Shown here: positions 20,037 to 28,823 of the stretch, in pieces | Layout: every line of letters starts with the position of its first letter | How positions within the stretch are numbered: the stretch's first letter is position 1 | Sequence record: PQ850622.1 | Length of the DNA: 64,000 nt | Strand: one strand, 5' to 3' | From: Escherichia phage OliverMaurmann_Bas86 | Translations under genes and position numbers: made by a program | Notes under the pieces: generated by a model | What the model was told of the DNA's origin: nothing | Database searches by the model: none | Seen by the model: only the letters and a program-made list of their open reading frames with translations

Positions 20037-20686
20037 TATTGAATCATCCCTTGAAGATCTTCTTTATCAAAGTGCTTCTCTACTACCGCTTCATACAGAT
20101 CACGATTCTCCGAATAACGGCGATAGAAGGTTCCGTGTGAAATTCCCAGCTCTTGTTGGATGTGATCATGAGGAATACCGAGGAAGAGCATTGAGAACAT
20201 ACTTGCCATCTTGCGGTTTTCCATAATATCACTTAGGTCTTGGAAGAAGAAAAAGATTCTAGATTCCAAGAATGGGTCTCCAGTAGAATCATGCTTATCC
20301 ATAGCAATCTCTAAAGGACTTTCCCATGAATTCATCTCGGGAGGTCTAAACATATCAGCCTCTGGAATAGAATAGATACGTCTGTCTCCAACTGTCTGAC
20401 GATTAGAACGAATCGACCAGATGATATTCTTCACACGATAAGTCATGTGTTCAATATCTTTTTCATCGGTAAGCAGTAGTTCTTCTTGCTTTGCAAATAC
20501 AAAACGCCAAGAGTTCAGTAACACTTCCTGAGCAACATCCTCTGCTTCGTGATAATCTTTAATGTCGTACATAAAATACTTATGCACAACTTTCCAATTC
20601 TCTCGATAGAATTCATCGAAGGTTGGGTAGTACTTAATAGGTATGCCATGAATACGATAGCGTGTGGGTGTTGTCTTTTTCTTCAT
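20036..20686 (-). CDS. Phage sigma factor (ECF-like sigma-70 family)
   Basis: Region-2-like [14 protein letters not shown] and region-4 [21 protein letters not shown]. Resembles the phiEco32 sigma as I recall it. Confidence 0.75.
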   Translation of the reverse strand: MKKKTTPTRYRIHGIPIKYYPTFDEFYRENWKVVHKYFMYDIKDYHEAEDVAQEVLLNSWRFVFAKQEELLLTDEKDIEHMTYRVKNIIWSIRSNRQTVGDRRIYSIPEADMFRPPEMNSWESPLEIAMDKHDSTGDPFLESRIFFFFQDLSDIMENRKMASMFSMLFLGIPHDHIQQELGISHGTFYRRYSENRDLYEAVVEKHFDKEDLQGMIQ

Positions 20687-20710
20687 AAGTCATCCTTAAC
20701 TTACTTTACA

Positions 20711-20935
20711 TTAAACTACACAGAATAAATACATTGCTGTTTCAGGGGAAGGTATGTGGTCACTAGGATATCTAACCCTAATCCACTCATCATCTTCTGC
20801 TACATAATAAGCCCAATAAGACCCATTTTCATTAATAAAGAACTTGAAGGTACAACCAAAGATTTGGTTATTGTGTTCCCATACTGCATGAAACTGAGTA
20901 ACACCTTCTGGTATTGTAAGTTCCGCTCTGATCAT
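20711..20935 (-). CDS. Hypothetical protein
   Basis: 74-aa ORF, coupled (ATGA-type overlap) to its upstream neighbour. Confidence 0.5.
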   Translation of the reverse strand: MIRAELTIPEGVTQFHAVWEHNNQIFGCTFKFFINENGSYWAYYVAEDDEWIRVRYPSDHIPSPETAMYLFCVV

Positions 20936-21198
20936 TGTATTCCTCTCTCCTTTAGAGCTTTAAGCAAACCGTTGTGGTTAGCGGCACAGGTTGTATAATT
21001 GTCCTGATACCACTCGAGTGTTGTTGCAAGTGCTACTCCCTGTCCACTCTGAAGTAAAGGGAGGTCTACATCACATTCAGCTTTTAGGTTTGTTGGTAAG
21101 GGCATTAGCTGCCTGCTGTTGTCGCTCGTTGAACAAGCCATCAAACTAGAAGCGAGCAAAATCACCAAACAACTCTTTTGCTTTTTCTTTGTAAGCAT
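20932..21198 (-). CDS. Outer-membrane spanin (o-spanin) lipoprotein candidate
   Basis: ATG at 21198 behind aaggtg. MLTKKKQKSCLVILLASSLMAC contains the lipobox LMAC. The 5' end overlaps the 3' end of the HNH gene. Confidence 0.6.
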   Translation of the reverse strand: MLTKKKQKSCLVILLASSLMACSTSDNSRQLMPLPTNLKAECDVDLPLLQSGQGVALATTLEWYQDNYTTCAANHNGLLKALKERGIQ

Positions 21199-21631
21199 TT
21201 TCTGCACCTTCTTGAGTGCTATGATAACCAAGCCAAATTACTTTGTTTTGATATCCGATACGAGCACTCCATTTATTAATATCTGACCTGTATCCTACAC
21301 CTTTTATTCCAGTTAAAGAGTTCTTTTGAACTATTTTATTGGCATTGTTGAGGACAGGTGTTGCTTTTCTTAGATTGCTCCAAGAGTTATTAGACTTATC
21401 TAAATCTTTATGGTCTATTTGGAAATCGGGAATTTCTCCAGTTTTTATATACCAAGCAACTCGGTGAGCTTTGTATGTCTTTCTCTGAAAATTCAATGTT
21501 ACATAACCAGCTTTTGTTTTACACCCTGCAACCTTTCCTGCGAGTCTTGAGTTCCACTGAGCGCTCTTATCTTTAGAATGTTTCCAGTACAGAAGACCGG
21601 AAGCCTCGTCATAAGACAGATATTTAATTAA
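21146..21631 (-). CDS. HNH_3 + AP2-domain homing endonuclease (start unresolved)
   Basis: The frame is open to 21631 and encodes YDEASGLLYWKH..GYVTLNFQRKTYKAHRVAW..IDHKD..N, then an AP2-like GVGYR..WSARIGY. There is no in-frame ATG upstream of TTG 21496. Confidence 0.75.
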   Translation of the reverse strand, partial: LIKYLSYDEASGLLYWKHSKDKSAQWNSRLAGKVAGCKTKAGYVTLNFQRKTYKAHRVAWYIKTGEIPDFQIDHKDLDKSNNSWSNLRKATPVLNNANKIVQKNSLTGIKGVGYRSDINKWSARIGYQNKVIWLGYHSTQEGAENAYKEKAKELFGDFARF

Positions 21632-21969
21632 TTCTTTAATTTCAGTGCCTCCGCTGCTTGTTGTTGTCGTTCATTGAAAAGTCCTACATACTCATCACTA
21701 GCACACACATTGTAAAAAACTGGCTTAGTCTTTTCATAATGCATCTCTTTGTAAATAGTTTCCGTGTTCTTCTTCCAGTTAGATAAACCAGTCAGAACTT
21801 TCTGAGCCACTTCATCAGCAGCCTTAGCTCTCTCAACCTCAATCTCTTGCTGTTTCTTCTCTTGGTCAAGAGCATTACTATCACTTCTGTATTGCTCAAA
21901 CTTGACACCACCAAAGAAAACCAGAGCTGTGAAGATTAAAAAACCTATATTGTTTTGAAGCTTTTCCAT
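21628..21969 (-). CDS. Inner-membrane spanin (Rz-like i-spanin)
   Basis: ATG at 21969 behind ggag. N-terminal TMD IGFLIFTALVFFGG, then a coiled coil, then ..NVCASDEYVGLFNE, which is Rz-like. Confidence 0.7.
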   Translation of the reverse strand: MEKLQNNIGFLIFTALVFFGGVKFEQYRSDSNALDQEKKQQEIEVERAKAADEVAQKVLTGLSNWKKNTETIYKEMHYEKTKPVFYNVCASDEYVGLFNERQQQAAEALKLKN

Positions 21970-21981
21970 TTTAACTCCAAC

Positions 21982-22005
21982 GAAAAAAGCCACCCGAAGG
22001 TGGCT
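21982..22005 (-). terminator. Rho-independent terminator
   Basis: Minus strand reads GCCACC-ttcg-GGTGGC followed by TTTTTT. Confidence 0.8.
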
Positions 22006-22027
22006 AAGCTATTACAAGGAGAGATTC

Positions 22028-22768
22028 TTAGAATGGGCTATCATCTTCTTCAAAGGTTGATTGCGGCTCTTCGTTAATGGTAGGAATACTTGGAGTAGCA
22101 TCTTTCTGTTCAGTGTCAGAAGCTTTAGTAACTTCACGACCAGCCAGAGGGATATTCTTAGCATCGTTAGCTTGAGTCAAGAGGTTACGTTGGAATGGGA
22201 AGATTGCTTGATAAGCAGCTAAGTTAGCGTCAGTCTCAGCATACGGTTCGAAGAAGATCAACTCACTACGAGGAGCACCTACCGCGTCACGATATTTAGT
22301 CGGGATTGGAGTGATGCTTTTAATGGAGTTTTTCTTCTCACCAGCTTTATTGGTGTAAGAGTTAACCAGAATGTTAACAGGCTGACCTAACAGCATATCT
22401 TTAAACCAACCCAAATCACCTTTCAGTGCTTGAACACTTGGGTCGATCATTTTAATCAGATTTAGAATACCAGAGTTCTTAGCTCGTGGGTTTACATCAA
22501 AAGATTTAAACTGGCAAGCAGGACGAGGGTCCAGAGGTTTGCCTTCATTATCAGTCCCTGTTGCATCTACGCCAATCAGCTCAAAAGCTAAGTCCATACG
22601 GAAAGCTGGGTTCTTAGGAGTAACTGCTTTGGTTTTAGGGTCAATCCAAGGGTCACGATTGTGAACACCCAAACCTACAACACGAACAATACGTGCTTCG
22701 TACTCACCATCAGGGATTACATCGTAGTTGGATTTACGGGATACAGACAGTTCAGGGATCATAGACAT
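22028..22768 (-). CDS. Single-stranded DNA-binding protein (T7 gp2.5-like)
   Basis: The acidic C-terminal tail ..FEEDDSPF, ending in an aromatic residue, is typical of phage SSBs. Located in the replication module. Confidence 0.7.
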   Translation of the reverse strand: MSMIPELSVSRKSNYDVIPDGEYEARIVRVVGLGVHNRDPWIDPKTKAVTPKNPAFRMDLAFELIGVDATGTDNEGKPLDPRPACQFKSFDVNPRAKNSGILNLIKMIDPSVQALKGDLGWFKDMLLGQPVNILVNSYTNKAGEKKNSIKSITPIPTKYRDAVGAPRSELIFFEPYAETDANLAAYQAIFPFQRNLLTQANDAKNIPLAGREVTKASDTEQKDATPSIPTINEEPQSTFEEDDSPF

Positions 22769-22825
22769 ATTAATATTTCCTTATATAGATTTAAGATTGT
22801 TGCTCTCTTTGAGCGGTTTGTATAC

Positions 22826-22836
22826 TATATACATTA
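22826..22836 (-). promoter_or_regulatory. Candidate phage-sigma promoter TAATGTATATA
   Basis: Lies about 60 nt upstream of SSB ATG 22768, in the loop of the TGTATA/TATACA inverted repeat (22819-22848). Confidence 0.55.
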
Positions 22837-22898
22837 CACTTATACAGATAAGGTTCTATTATACTATAACCTTTTTGGTAGTAGATAATGACAAGTAG

Positions 22899-22909
22899 TA
22901 ATGTATATA
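22899..22909 (+). promoter_or_regulatory. Same motif TAATGTATATA in divergent (plus) orientation
   Basis: Points away from SSB into an ORF-free, hairpin-rich 200 nt and then antisense to gene 23104..23742. Confidence 0.4.
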
Positions 22910-22998
22910 TGGTATAGCTAGTAAAGCTATTGCAGGCTTGTATATTGGGCAATCATTGTAACCCTTGCAAGTACCGAAGGGCAGGAGACACCTGCGAG

Positions 22999-23067
22999 AT
23001 AAAAATAGAGAATTAAGGAATCCTTGATTTAGGTTGTGGGGACTCCTAGGGACTTTGATTCTCTATT
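22999..23067 (-). terminator. Long-stem terminator-like structure
   Basis: A perfect 10-bp inverted repeat, AATAGAGAAT (23004-13) and ATTCTCTATT (23058-67), encloses smaller hairpins. On the minus strand it is followed by TTTTAT. Confidence 0.5.
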
Positions 23068-23103
23068 AAAATCAAAAGAAAACTTAACTTAAAACAATAA
23101 CTT

Positions 23104-23742
23104 CTACCATTCTAAAAGACCTTTAAAACTAGTTTGTTCTACTGTTCTCTGATAAGGTAAGTTAGATTCTGCTTGTTTGCTTAGCATCTCTTGTACTTTA
23201 TCAGTAATTGGATAATCTTTTTGTAATAAAGAAGCTACCCACTCTTTCCTACTTTCCAGCTCTTTTCTAATTTCTTGCAGAGACACAGCTCTGTAATCAA
23301 TTTGTTCCATAGAGGTACAAAAATATCTCCAATCTTTGATAGTAGAATTATGAGTATGAGCATAGATATTATACTTTCCTCTCATTTCATCAGAGTGAAT
23401 AGGGATATGAGTTACCCAAAATTCTTTGTATTTATAATCACCACTGATGTGTCTAAAGACTTTCATCATATCAGGTAGAAGTTCTAATCTATCATGGTTC
23501 CCTAAGACAAGATGTTTCTCTCCCTTTATTTCAGCGATAATATCAAGTGCATACTTCTCAAACACCCAGTCACCTGTAAAGAAAGTTTTATCACGTTTAG
23601 TAACATGATCAAACGCTGCTAAGATAGCTTTATCATGTTCTTCAATACTACTAAACTTCTTCCTAAAGTTACAGATATTACGATGGCCTAGGTGACCATC
23701 ACCTGCAAAATAAACTTCAGCCACTTTCGTATGTGTCCTCAT
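23104..23742 (-). CDS. Calcineurin-like metallophosphoesterase
   Basis: GDGHLGH, TGDW, GNHD and HTH motifs occur in the canonical order. Confidence 0.75.
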   Translation of the reverse strand: MRTHTKVAEVYFAGDGHLGHRNICNFRKKFSSIEEHDKAILAAFDHVTKRDKTFFTGDWVFEKYALDIIAEIKGEKHLVLGNHDRLELLPDMMKVFRHISGDYKYKEFWVTHIPIHSDEMRGKYNIYAHTHNSTIKDWRYFCTSMEQIDYRAVSLQEIRKELESRKEWVASLLQKDYPITDKVQEMLSKQAESNLPYQRTVEQTSFKGLLEW

Positions 23743-23974
23743 AATATGAGTAGTTGAAGGATTCAGCTTTCGTTTCAGCCTCCTCCATATCGTCTGTTTC
23801 CAGAATCACTCTCCAGCCAGAGCCGTTAGGGTATTCAGCTCCCTCATCTAGCCAGACTTTGTATCGTTTAGATTGTGCAACCATCGCAGATGTAATCTCC
23901 ACTGAGAGACTCTTGTAGGAGTCGAGATTGCTCATCGGCATACAGAGCATCAATTTCTTCCTTGAGCTTTGCAA
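23717..23974 (-). CDS. Hypothetical protein (start uncertain)
   Basis: Overlaps the upstream ORF by 107 nt if the start is at 23974. Internal starts at 23935 and 23884 are possible. Confidence 0.4.
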   Translation of the reverse strand: MQSSRKKLMLCMPMSNLDSYKSLSVEITSAMVAQSKRYKVWLDEGAEYPNGSGWRVILETDDMEEAETKAESFNYSYYEDTYESG

Positions 23975-24071
23975 GTTCTACGAAGTTTATCAATTGACCA
24001 TAATCCGTCGCATCAGTGACGAATTGAAACAAACCTTTACCTTCAGCTTTAATAATATACTCTTTAGACAT
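23868..24071 (-). CDS. Hypothetical protein
   Basis: 67-aa ORF whose start codon overlaps the stop codon of upstream gene 24071..24295. Confidence 0.5.
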   Translation of the reverse strand: MSKEYIIKAEGKGLFQFVTDATDYGQLINFVELAKLKEEIDALYADEQSRLLQESLSGDYICDGCTI

Positions 24072-24295
24072 TATAAGATCTCCCTTTGTTTGCTGTTAAT
24101 GACTGTCATCGCTGTGACTGGATTGTTTGTTCCAAGATATTCTAGAACAGGGACACCCTTAGTCGGTTTATCAGCCTCTATGTAATTCTTAACCTTGCCA
24201 CCAAGAACCGCTAGAGAAGCCTGAGCTTCCGCTTCATCATAATGAATTCGGTCAACTGTTTTCTTTCCAATCTTATAAGTGTGAACGTAAATCAT
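24071..24295 (-). CDS. Hypothetical protein
   Basis: ATG at 24295 behind aagga is preferred over the track start at 24331. Confidence 0.5.
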   Translation of the reverse strand: MIYVHTYKIGKKTVDRIHYDEAEAQASLAVLGGKVKNYIEADKPTKGVPVLEYLGTNNPVTAMTVINSKQREIL

Positions 24296-24306
24296 TTTAA
24301 TCCTTA

Positions 24307-24486
24307 TTAACGAGTTGTAGTACGACTCCAACCTTCAACATAGCAATGACCGCCTACAAACTTAGTAGGTGCATTAAATTCTTTTGATATTCGTGTCTCA
24401 CAATCTTCTTTGCTGAAGTCTCCAAAAATATCTATTACCCAAAGAAACAAAGCAAAAGCGACAGCCCAGCATATAAACTTCTTCAT
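24307..24486 (-). CDS. Small membrane/secreted protein (59 aa, below track cutoff)
   Basis: MKKFICWAVAFALFLWVIDIF.. The ATG overlaps the TGA of the upstream gene (ATGA). Confidence 0.45.
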   Translation of the reverse strand: MKKFICWAVAFALFLWVIDIFGDFSKEDCETRISKEFNAPTKFVGGHCYVEGWSRTTTR

Positions 24487-24875
24487 CGTATCACCAGAGG
24501 CTCTTCAGAGTACACAGGAGAGGCTATTTCTACCGGAGGTGCTGCTCTAAGGTCATTAAGCCTTACGCCCTTCAGCATACCATCTAGGTGGTCCATTTTA
24601 GGGATACCGACAGGGAAGTCATCAATCCAAACATCCACAAAGAAACCCAAGCTCTGAGTGACAGAATCCTTCTGAACACCGTTGCAAAAGATAACAGGAA
24701 TATCTAGACTTGCTGCATCTGCTAGAAGCTCTTCATTTGAATACCCATTGGGCTGAGCAAAACGATAAGTGACAATACGAACATCGTGTCCACGAGATTT
24801 CATAAGACCTACAATGTGGGTCCACATCTCCTTGTCCACTGTAAAAGTGTCATCATAATCTAAACCAATATTCAT
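24483..24875 (-). CDS. HAD-superfamily phosphatase-like protein
   Basis: N-terminal GLDYDDT matches HAD motif I (DxDxT). Confidence 0.55.
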   Translation of the reverse strand: MNIGLDYDDTFTVDKEMWTHIVGLMKSRGHDVRIVTYRFAQPNGYSNEELLADAASLDIPVIFCNGVQKDSVTQSLGFFVDVWIDDFPVGIPKMDHLDGMLKGVRLNDLRAAPPVEIASPVYSEEPLVIR

Positions 24876-24890
24876 ACTAGCCTCTTAGAC

Positions 24891-24914
24891 AAGAAAAGCC
24901 ACCCGAAGGTAGCT
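24891..24914 (-). terminator. Rho-independent terminator
   Basis: Minus strand reads AGCTACC-ttcg-GGTGGCT followed by TTTCTT. Confidence 0.7.
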
Positions 24915-25156
24915 TATTTATTCTGTGTTTCCAGTTCACTGATACGAACTTTCAAACCATTAATTTCAGCCTGAGCGGCTTCTAGCTTAATTAGGGCTTC
25001 TTCAGCGTCAGCTTCTGTTTGAAGAACCACAGTAGTTAGTTCATACAAAGCCTGACGTAGTGAATCTTTGCCCATAGAATGAATCTGTGCAACAAAGAAT
25101 TGCTTACCTTCAGTTGTTTCTAGAGTCTCTTTCAATTCTTTAGATGTTAAAGTCAT
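24914..25156 (-). CDS. Coiled-coil hypothetical protein
   Basis: 80-aa ORF, helical and charged. Confidence 0.55.
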   Translation of the reverse strand: MTLTSKELKETLETTEGKQFFVAQIHSMGKDSLRQALYELTTVVLQTEADAEEALIKLEAAQAEINGLKVRISELETQNK

Positions 25157-25158
25157 TA

Positions 25159-25326
25159 TTACTCCCTTTCATAAATTTTGAGAACTGTACCACCATCCGC
25201 TTTAATCTGAGCAGCGACTTCATCGCGTTCTTCATTAGAATAAACCAGTTGGTTGTGAAATTTTCCTGTAGCATCTTGGAAATATACATTCCATTTTGGA
25301 GCAGGTTTACGAATCAAATCCATCAT
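25159..25326 (-). CDS. Small hypothetical protein (55 aa, below track cutoff)
   Basis: MMDLIRKPAPKWNVYFQDATGKFHN.. Fills an otherwise empty gap. The start overlaps the upstream stop. Confidence 0.45.
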   Translation of the reverse strand: MMDLIRKPAPKWNVYFQDATGKFHNQLVYSNEERDEVAAQIKADGGTVLKIYERE

Positions 25327-25457
25327 TGATCTTTCTCCTCTCGTTCAACCCATGTATGAAAAAGCTCCCCATACACTTTGGCATCATCAAAACGTCCTTC
25401 TTCCTGTGCGAGTTTTTGTTGCTTCAAGCACCATTCAGAACTTTTTACTTCTTCCAC
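25323..25457 (-). CDS. Small hypothetical protein (44 aa, GTG start)
   Basis: RBS aaggagacaagga precedes the GTG. The TGA overlaps the next ATG. Confidence 0.35.
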   Translation of the reverse strand: MEEVKSSEWCLKQQKLAQEEGRFDDAKVYGELFHTWVEREEKDQ

Positions 25458-25514
25458 TTCCTTGTCTCCTTAAAAAGAACTAATCAATAAGACTAGTTCA
25501 TTTCGTAATACGAT

Positions 25515-25706
25515 TCAGCTCTTCCACGGGAGGTTGATGGTTAAATTCTTAATAGAGAAATCTTTATCAGGAAACTCTTCCATTAACTCAGCCGCTTCTT
25601 GAATAGCTTTTCTTTCTGTGTTATAGATGCAGAAATGTCCATTACAGCAAACAATTGCATCTTTTGCTCCCGTAATGGCCCATGTTTCATGTACATGTCT
25701 AGTCAT
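25515..25706 (-). CDS. Hypothetical protein
   Basis: 63-aa ORF directly downstream of the polymerase gene. Confidence 0.5.
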   Translation of the reverse strand: MTRHVHETWAITGAKDAIVCCNGHFCIYNTERKAIQEAAELMEEFPDKDFSIKNLTINLPWKS

Positions 25707-25723
25707 TATTCCTCCACTACAAA

Positions 25724-27571
25724 TTAGTGAGTGTGATTCCAGTTTAACCCAATCTTACAATCAGATGCAAGAGGACATTCCATTTTGAGGTATTCACCTG
25801 CTTTACGAACACACTCTTCAGTGAGGGTACGAAGTTTGTTAACATCGTCACGATGTACAGTGAACTGGCCTTCATCATGCATGTCAATAACCTTCGCACA
25901 ACGAACACCATCACGCTCAATCCATTTATTAAGGAATAGCATTGCATACTTCATAACAATCGCCCCAGCGCTCTGTAAGAGAGTGTTTAAGGCTTTATGA
26001 ACCATAACCTTTCCAGTTGCATCTCTTCTCATTGTAATACGACGTCCATCCACACCGTAGATGTATCCACTTTGTGCTTTCTCTGTCATACGTTCAATAA
26101 GAATTGCAATACAAGGATTCTCTGCTAAGAATCTTGCCCTCATGACAGCCCCTTCATCAGAGCCACCACCTACGATGCTTCCTAACTTAGCGTCACCAGC
26201 TCCGTAGTTGAATGCATAGATAAACGTTTTAGCATTATCACGAGTAGGAAGGCCAGCAAGTTTTTGGTTATGTGAGTGAATATCTCCTTCTAAAAGAATA
26301 TCTCTGTACATAACAGCAGAAGCTAGACCGCGTTCAGCTTCTCGTTTCTTAGCTGGGTTGTTTTCCTGCTCTGCTTCAGCGAGCATCTCACGACATTCTT
26401 TGATAAGGTAATGAGCAAGCATCCTCAGCTCAAGACCAGAGCCATCGTAACCTAAGAAGATTTCACGACCAGCAGGTACATAAAATTTATAAGCACCTAT
26501 TGGTTTGTCTTTCTTGCCCGGTTTTCCCATTTCGTAGATAATGTTAGTACCCTTTCGTACGTAACACCCATCAGGGATATGGTTGGTAATGATGAAAGGA
26601 TGGTTATGACTATCGTCTGAGGAATAGTCAGATTGAAAAAGACTGCGGCACTCGTGACCAAACAAACCGCGAGAAGGAATATTAACAACAATGCGATGTT
26701 TAAAACGAAATGTCGGAGTAGCGCAGCTATTAGCTTCGGCGGACAACTTACCATCTTTACGTTCCTTGTCGATAAGCCCGCTAATCAAACCTAGCCTGTG
26801 AGCCGCTACAACGCGTCTCTTAAGCAAACTTCCTACACCCCCTAGCTCACCCCCAAGCCCCTCTTCAAGAGTCTCCTCAAGGTTTGTAGGGGCTGTAGGC
26901 CACTTGTTTGATGTAGCCAAAGCTTTTTTGATTTCATCAAAGGTTACAGGCTTCTTCCTATTAGGGTTGAGACCTAAACCGCTGACATAGGCTTTCATAT
27001 AATTGACAGTGTGATAACGGAAGTGCTTATCCAAAAACCTTCGGATATCAGCATCTATCATCTCTGCTGTCTGTTTCTCTTTAGCGTTACCTCGAATCCA
27101 AGCAGAATACCATGCAGAGTATGTACCATACTTCTTCATAGCTTTACGAATTTCAAAAGTATTCCAAGGTTTCTTAGAATAATTCCACTCTGGAGGTATA
27201 AAACCTTCATCCATCAAGGCTTCTTTGATACGTGCATCTTTTGATGGGTCAAAGTCTACATACTCAACGCAAGTAAACGCCCCACCGATATCTTCTCTTT
27301 TAAGACCAACCCTATCACAATAGAGTTGAGGCCACTTCTGCAAAGCACCGGACTTCTTAAAAGGTTTAGAATAAGTTGAACCATCCACCCGCATTTTGGG
27401 GAGGAGAGGAATCAGTTCTTTATCAATATTGACAATAATCTCTTTGAGAAGATGAACAAACCACCGAGCGTTTCTTCTGTTGAAGTTGACTCCATGCTTC
27501 GCCTGTTTTGAGATTATATCAGCGACTGTCATCTCCGTTATGAAAGGTAACTTATCAGGGTTATCCATCAC
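25724..27571 (-). CDS. Family A DNA polymerase, polymerase domain only
   Basis: Motif A YDGSGLELRMLAHY, motif B RDNAKTFIYAFNYGAG, motif C VIDMHDEGQF. No exonuclease motifs in this ORF. Confidence 0.9.
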   Translation of the reverse strand: MMDNPDKLPFITEMTVADIISKQAKHGVNFNRRNARWFVHLLKEIIVNIDKELIPLLPKMRVDGSTYSKPFKKSGALQKWPQLYCDRVGLKREDIGGAFTCVEYVDFDPSKDARIKEALMDEGFIPPEWNYSKKPWNTFEIRKAMKKYGTYSAWYSAWIRGNAKEKQTAEMIDADIRRFLDKHFRYHTVNYMKAYVSGLGLNPNRKKPVTFDEIKKALATSNKWPTAPTNLEETLEEGLGGELGGVGSLLKRRVVAAHRLGLISGLIDKERKDGKLSAEANSCATPTFRFKHRIVVNIPSRGLFGHECRSLFQSDYSSDDSHNHPFIITNHIPDGCYVRKGTNIIYEMGKPGKKDKPIGAYKFYVPAGREIFLGYDGSGLELRMLAHYLIKECREMLAEAEQENNPAKKREAERGLASAVMYRDILLEGDIHSHNQKLAGLPTRDNAKTFIYAFNYGAGDAKLGSIVGGGSDEGAVMRARFLAENPCIAILIERMTEKAQSGYIYGVDGRRITMRRDATGKVMVHKALNTLLQSAGAIVMKYAMLFLNKWIERDGVRCAKVIDMHDEGQFTVHRDDVNKLRTLTEECVRKAGEYLKMECPLASDCKIGLNWNHTH

Positions 27572-27584
27572 CCACTCCTTATAG

Positions 27585-27938
27585 TTATTGGTATATTAAA
27601 TCTGTGAATGCTTGGTTGTCTTCAACAATATCTAAAGCTTCATATGAATCAGCCAATTCATCCACATAAAAGACTGCTGGAACATCTTCTGCTCGCTGTC
27701 TACGAGCTTCTCTCTGTTCATTACTATCCCTCTGAACCTGTGCTAGTTTCATCCCCCACACCTGCTCATACAGCTCTGGATACTTATCGCTAACCACCAC
27801 AAAGTTTCGAGCTGGTTGGTTTCGGTTAATCTTCGCTGTCAATTCGATAAACTGACGAAACTCTTGAATAGAGAGGTTATCATGGATATTGTCCCACTTG
27901 AGAACGCAGTGTCGTTCTAGGCGTTGAGGTACTGGCAT
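27585..27938 (-). CDS. Hypothetical protein
   Basis: 117-aa ORF in the replication module. Confidence 0.55.
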   Translation of the reverse strand: MPVPQRLERHCVLKWDNIHDNLSIQEFRQFIELTAKINRNQPARNFVVVSDKYPELYEQVWGMKLAQVQRDSNEQREARRQRAEDVPAVFYVDELADSYEALDIVEDNQAFTDLIYQ

Positions 27939-27941
27939 AAC

Positions 27942-28211
27942 TTACTCCACTGTCGGGAAAGGTTTCAAATTATTCATAGCTGTACGAACAATAGCACAGA
28001 TTTCAGGGTCACGATAAGAGAGGAATTTTCCATCCTTGCCACGAATCATTACATTAGTTCGCGCTGTTTTGTTAGGTAATAAAGAGATCCCTCCAAGCAG
28101 GTGGTTGGTAGGATGTTGTCCTTGATTAACTTTGTAATCATGAGTGTGAGCCTCACCATTAAAGAGATGATCACGGATTTGAATTAAACTGATTTTCATA
28201 TTATGCACCAA
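27942..28211 (-). CDS. Hypothetical protein, tandem paralog A
   Basis: Shares TARTNV-x-RG-x-x-GKF-x-S-x-RD..NLKPFP with 28201..28452. Confidence 0.55.
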   Translation of the reverse strand: MVHNMKISLIQIRDHLFNGEAHTHDYKVNQGQHPTNHLLGGISLLPNKTARTNVMIRGKDGKFLSYRDPEICAIVRTAMNNLKPFPTVE

Positions 28212-28452
28212 AGTTAGGGAAAGGTTTCAGGTTTTCAATGGACTTAGCGATACGCTTAGGGACACTCTTATCGCGGAAGGAGATGAATTTGCCATTAGCA
28301 CCACGAAGGGCTACGTTAGTACGAGCTGTTGTTGGATTAAACTGAATCATCTCAACAGAGCCTGTAATGTTTTCTACAGGGAAAGTGTAGCTCTCAGTTG
28401 CATTCATAGAAGGAAGGAAATCAGTTACAGTGATATAAGTTACTTTAGACAT
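28201..28452 (-). CDS. Hypothetical protein, tandem paralog B
   Basis: See 27942..28211. Confidence 0.55.
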   Translation of the reverse strand: MSKVTYITVTDFLPSMNATESYTFPVENITGSVEMIQFNPTTARTNVALRGANGKFISFRDKSVPKRIAKSIENLKPFPNFGA

Positions 28453-28473
28453 ATTTATTACCTTAGATTATAT

Positions 28474-28505
28474 AAAAGAAAAGGCCACCCGAAATGGGTA
28501 GCCTT
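28474..28505 (-). terminator. Rho-independent terminator
   Basis: Minus strand reads GGCTACCC-atttc-GGGTGGCC followed by TTTTCTTTT. Confidence 0.8.
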
Positions 28506-28508
28506 ATA

Positions 28509-28823
28509 TTAACTAGAGCTTAAAGCTCCTTTGCGACCGCCTGCTGATTTTCCAGCACGATCTCCACTTTTGCCGCCGTTCGAGCGATTTCGAGAGACTG
28601 ATTCAACACGTAAGTTACTTGACGCATTAGAACCTCCCGACTTGATTGATCGTTTATGTCCAACGTCTTTACCTCGGACAGCAGCTTTTCCATCGCGCTT
28701 TTCAACGATGCGACGTGCACGGTGGCGCTGAGCATCTCCGCTCTTGCTACCAACACCTGTCTCCCCACGTTTGATTGCGGTACGTCTTTCTTGCTCATAA
28801 TCTCTTTTCGCCTTATCCGTCAT
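28509..28823 (-). CDS. Basic Gly/Ser/Arg/Lys-rich low-complexity protein
   Basis: Its codon style (CGT, GGT, GCT, GAT) matches the rest of the phage better than the overlapping alternative frame 28520..28798. Confidence 0.5.
   Translation of the reverse strand: MTDKAKRDYEQERRTAIKRGETGVGSKSGDAQRHRARRIVEKRDGKAAVRGKDVGHKRSIKSGGSNASSNLRVESVSRNRSNGGKSGDRAGKSAGGRKGALSSS

Noticed and set aside
28520-28798. Alternative frame as the primary gene at 28.5 kb
   Set aside because: Its codon third-position pattern fits the phage less well than frame 28509..28823. It is kept as a finding rather than a feature.
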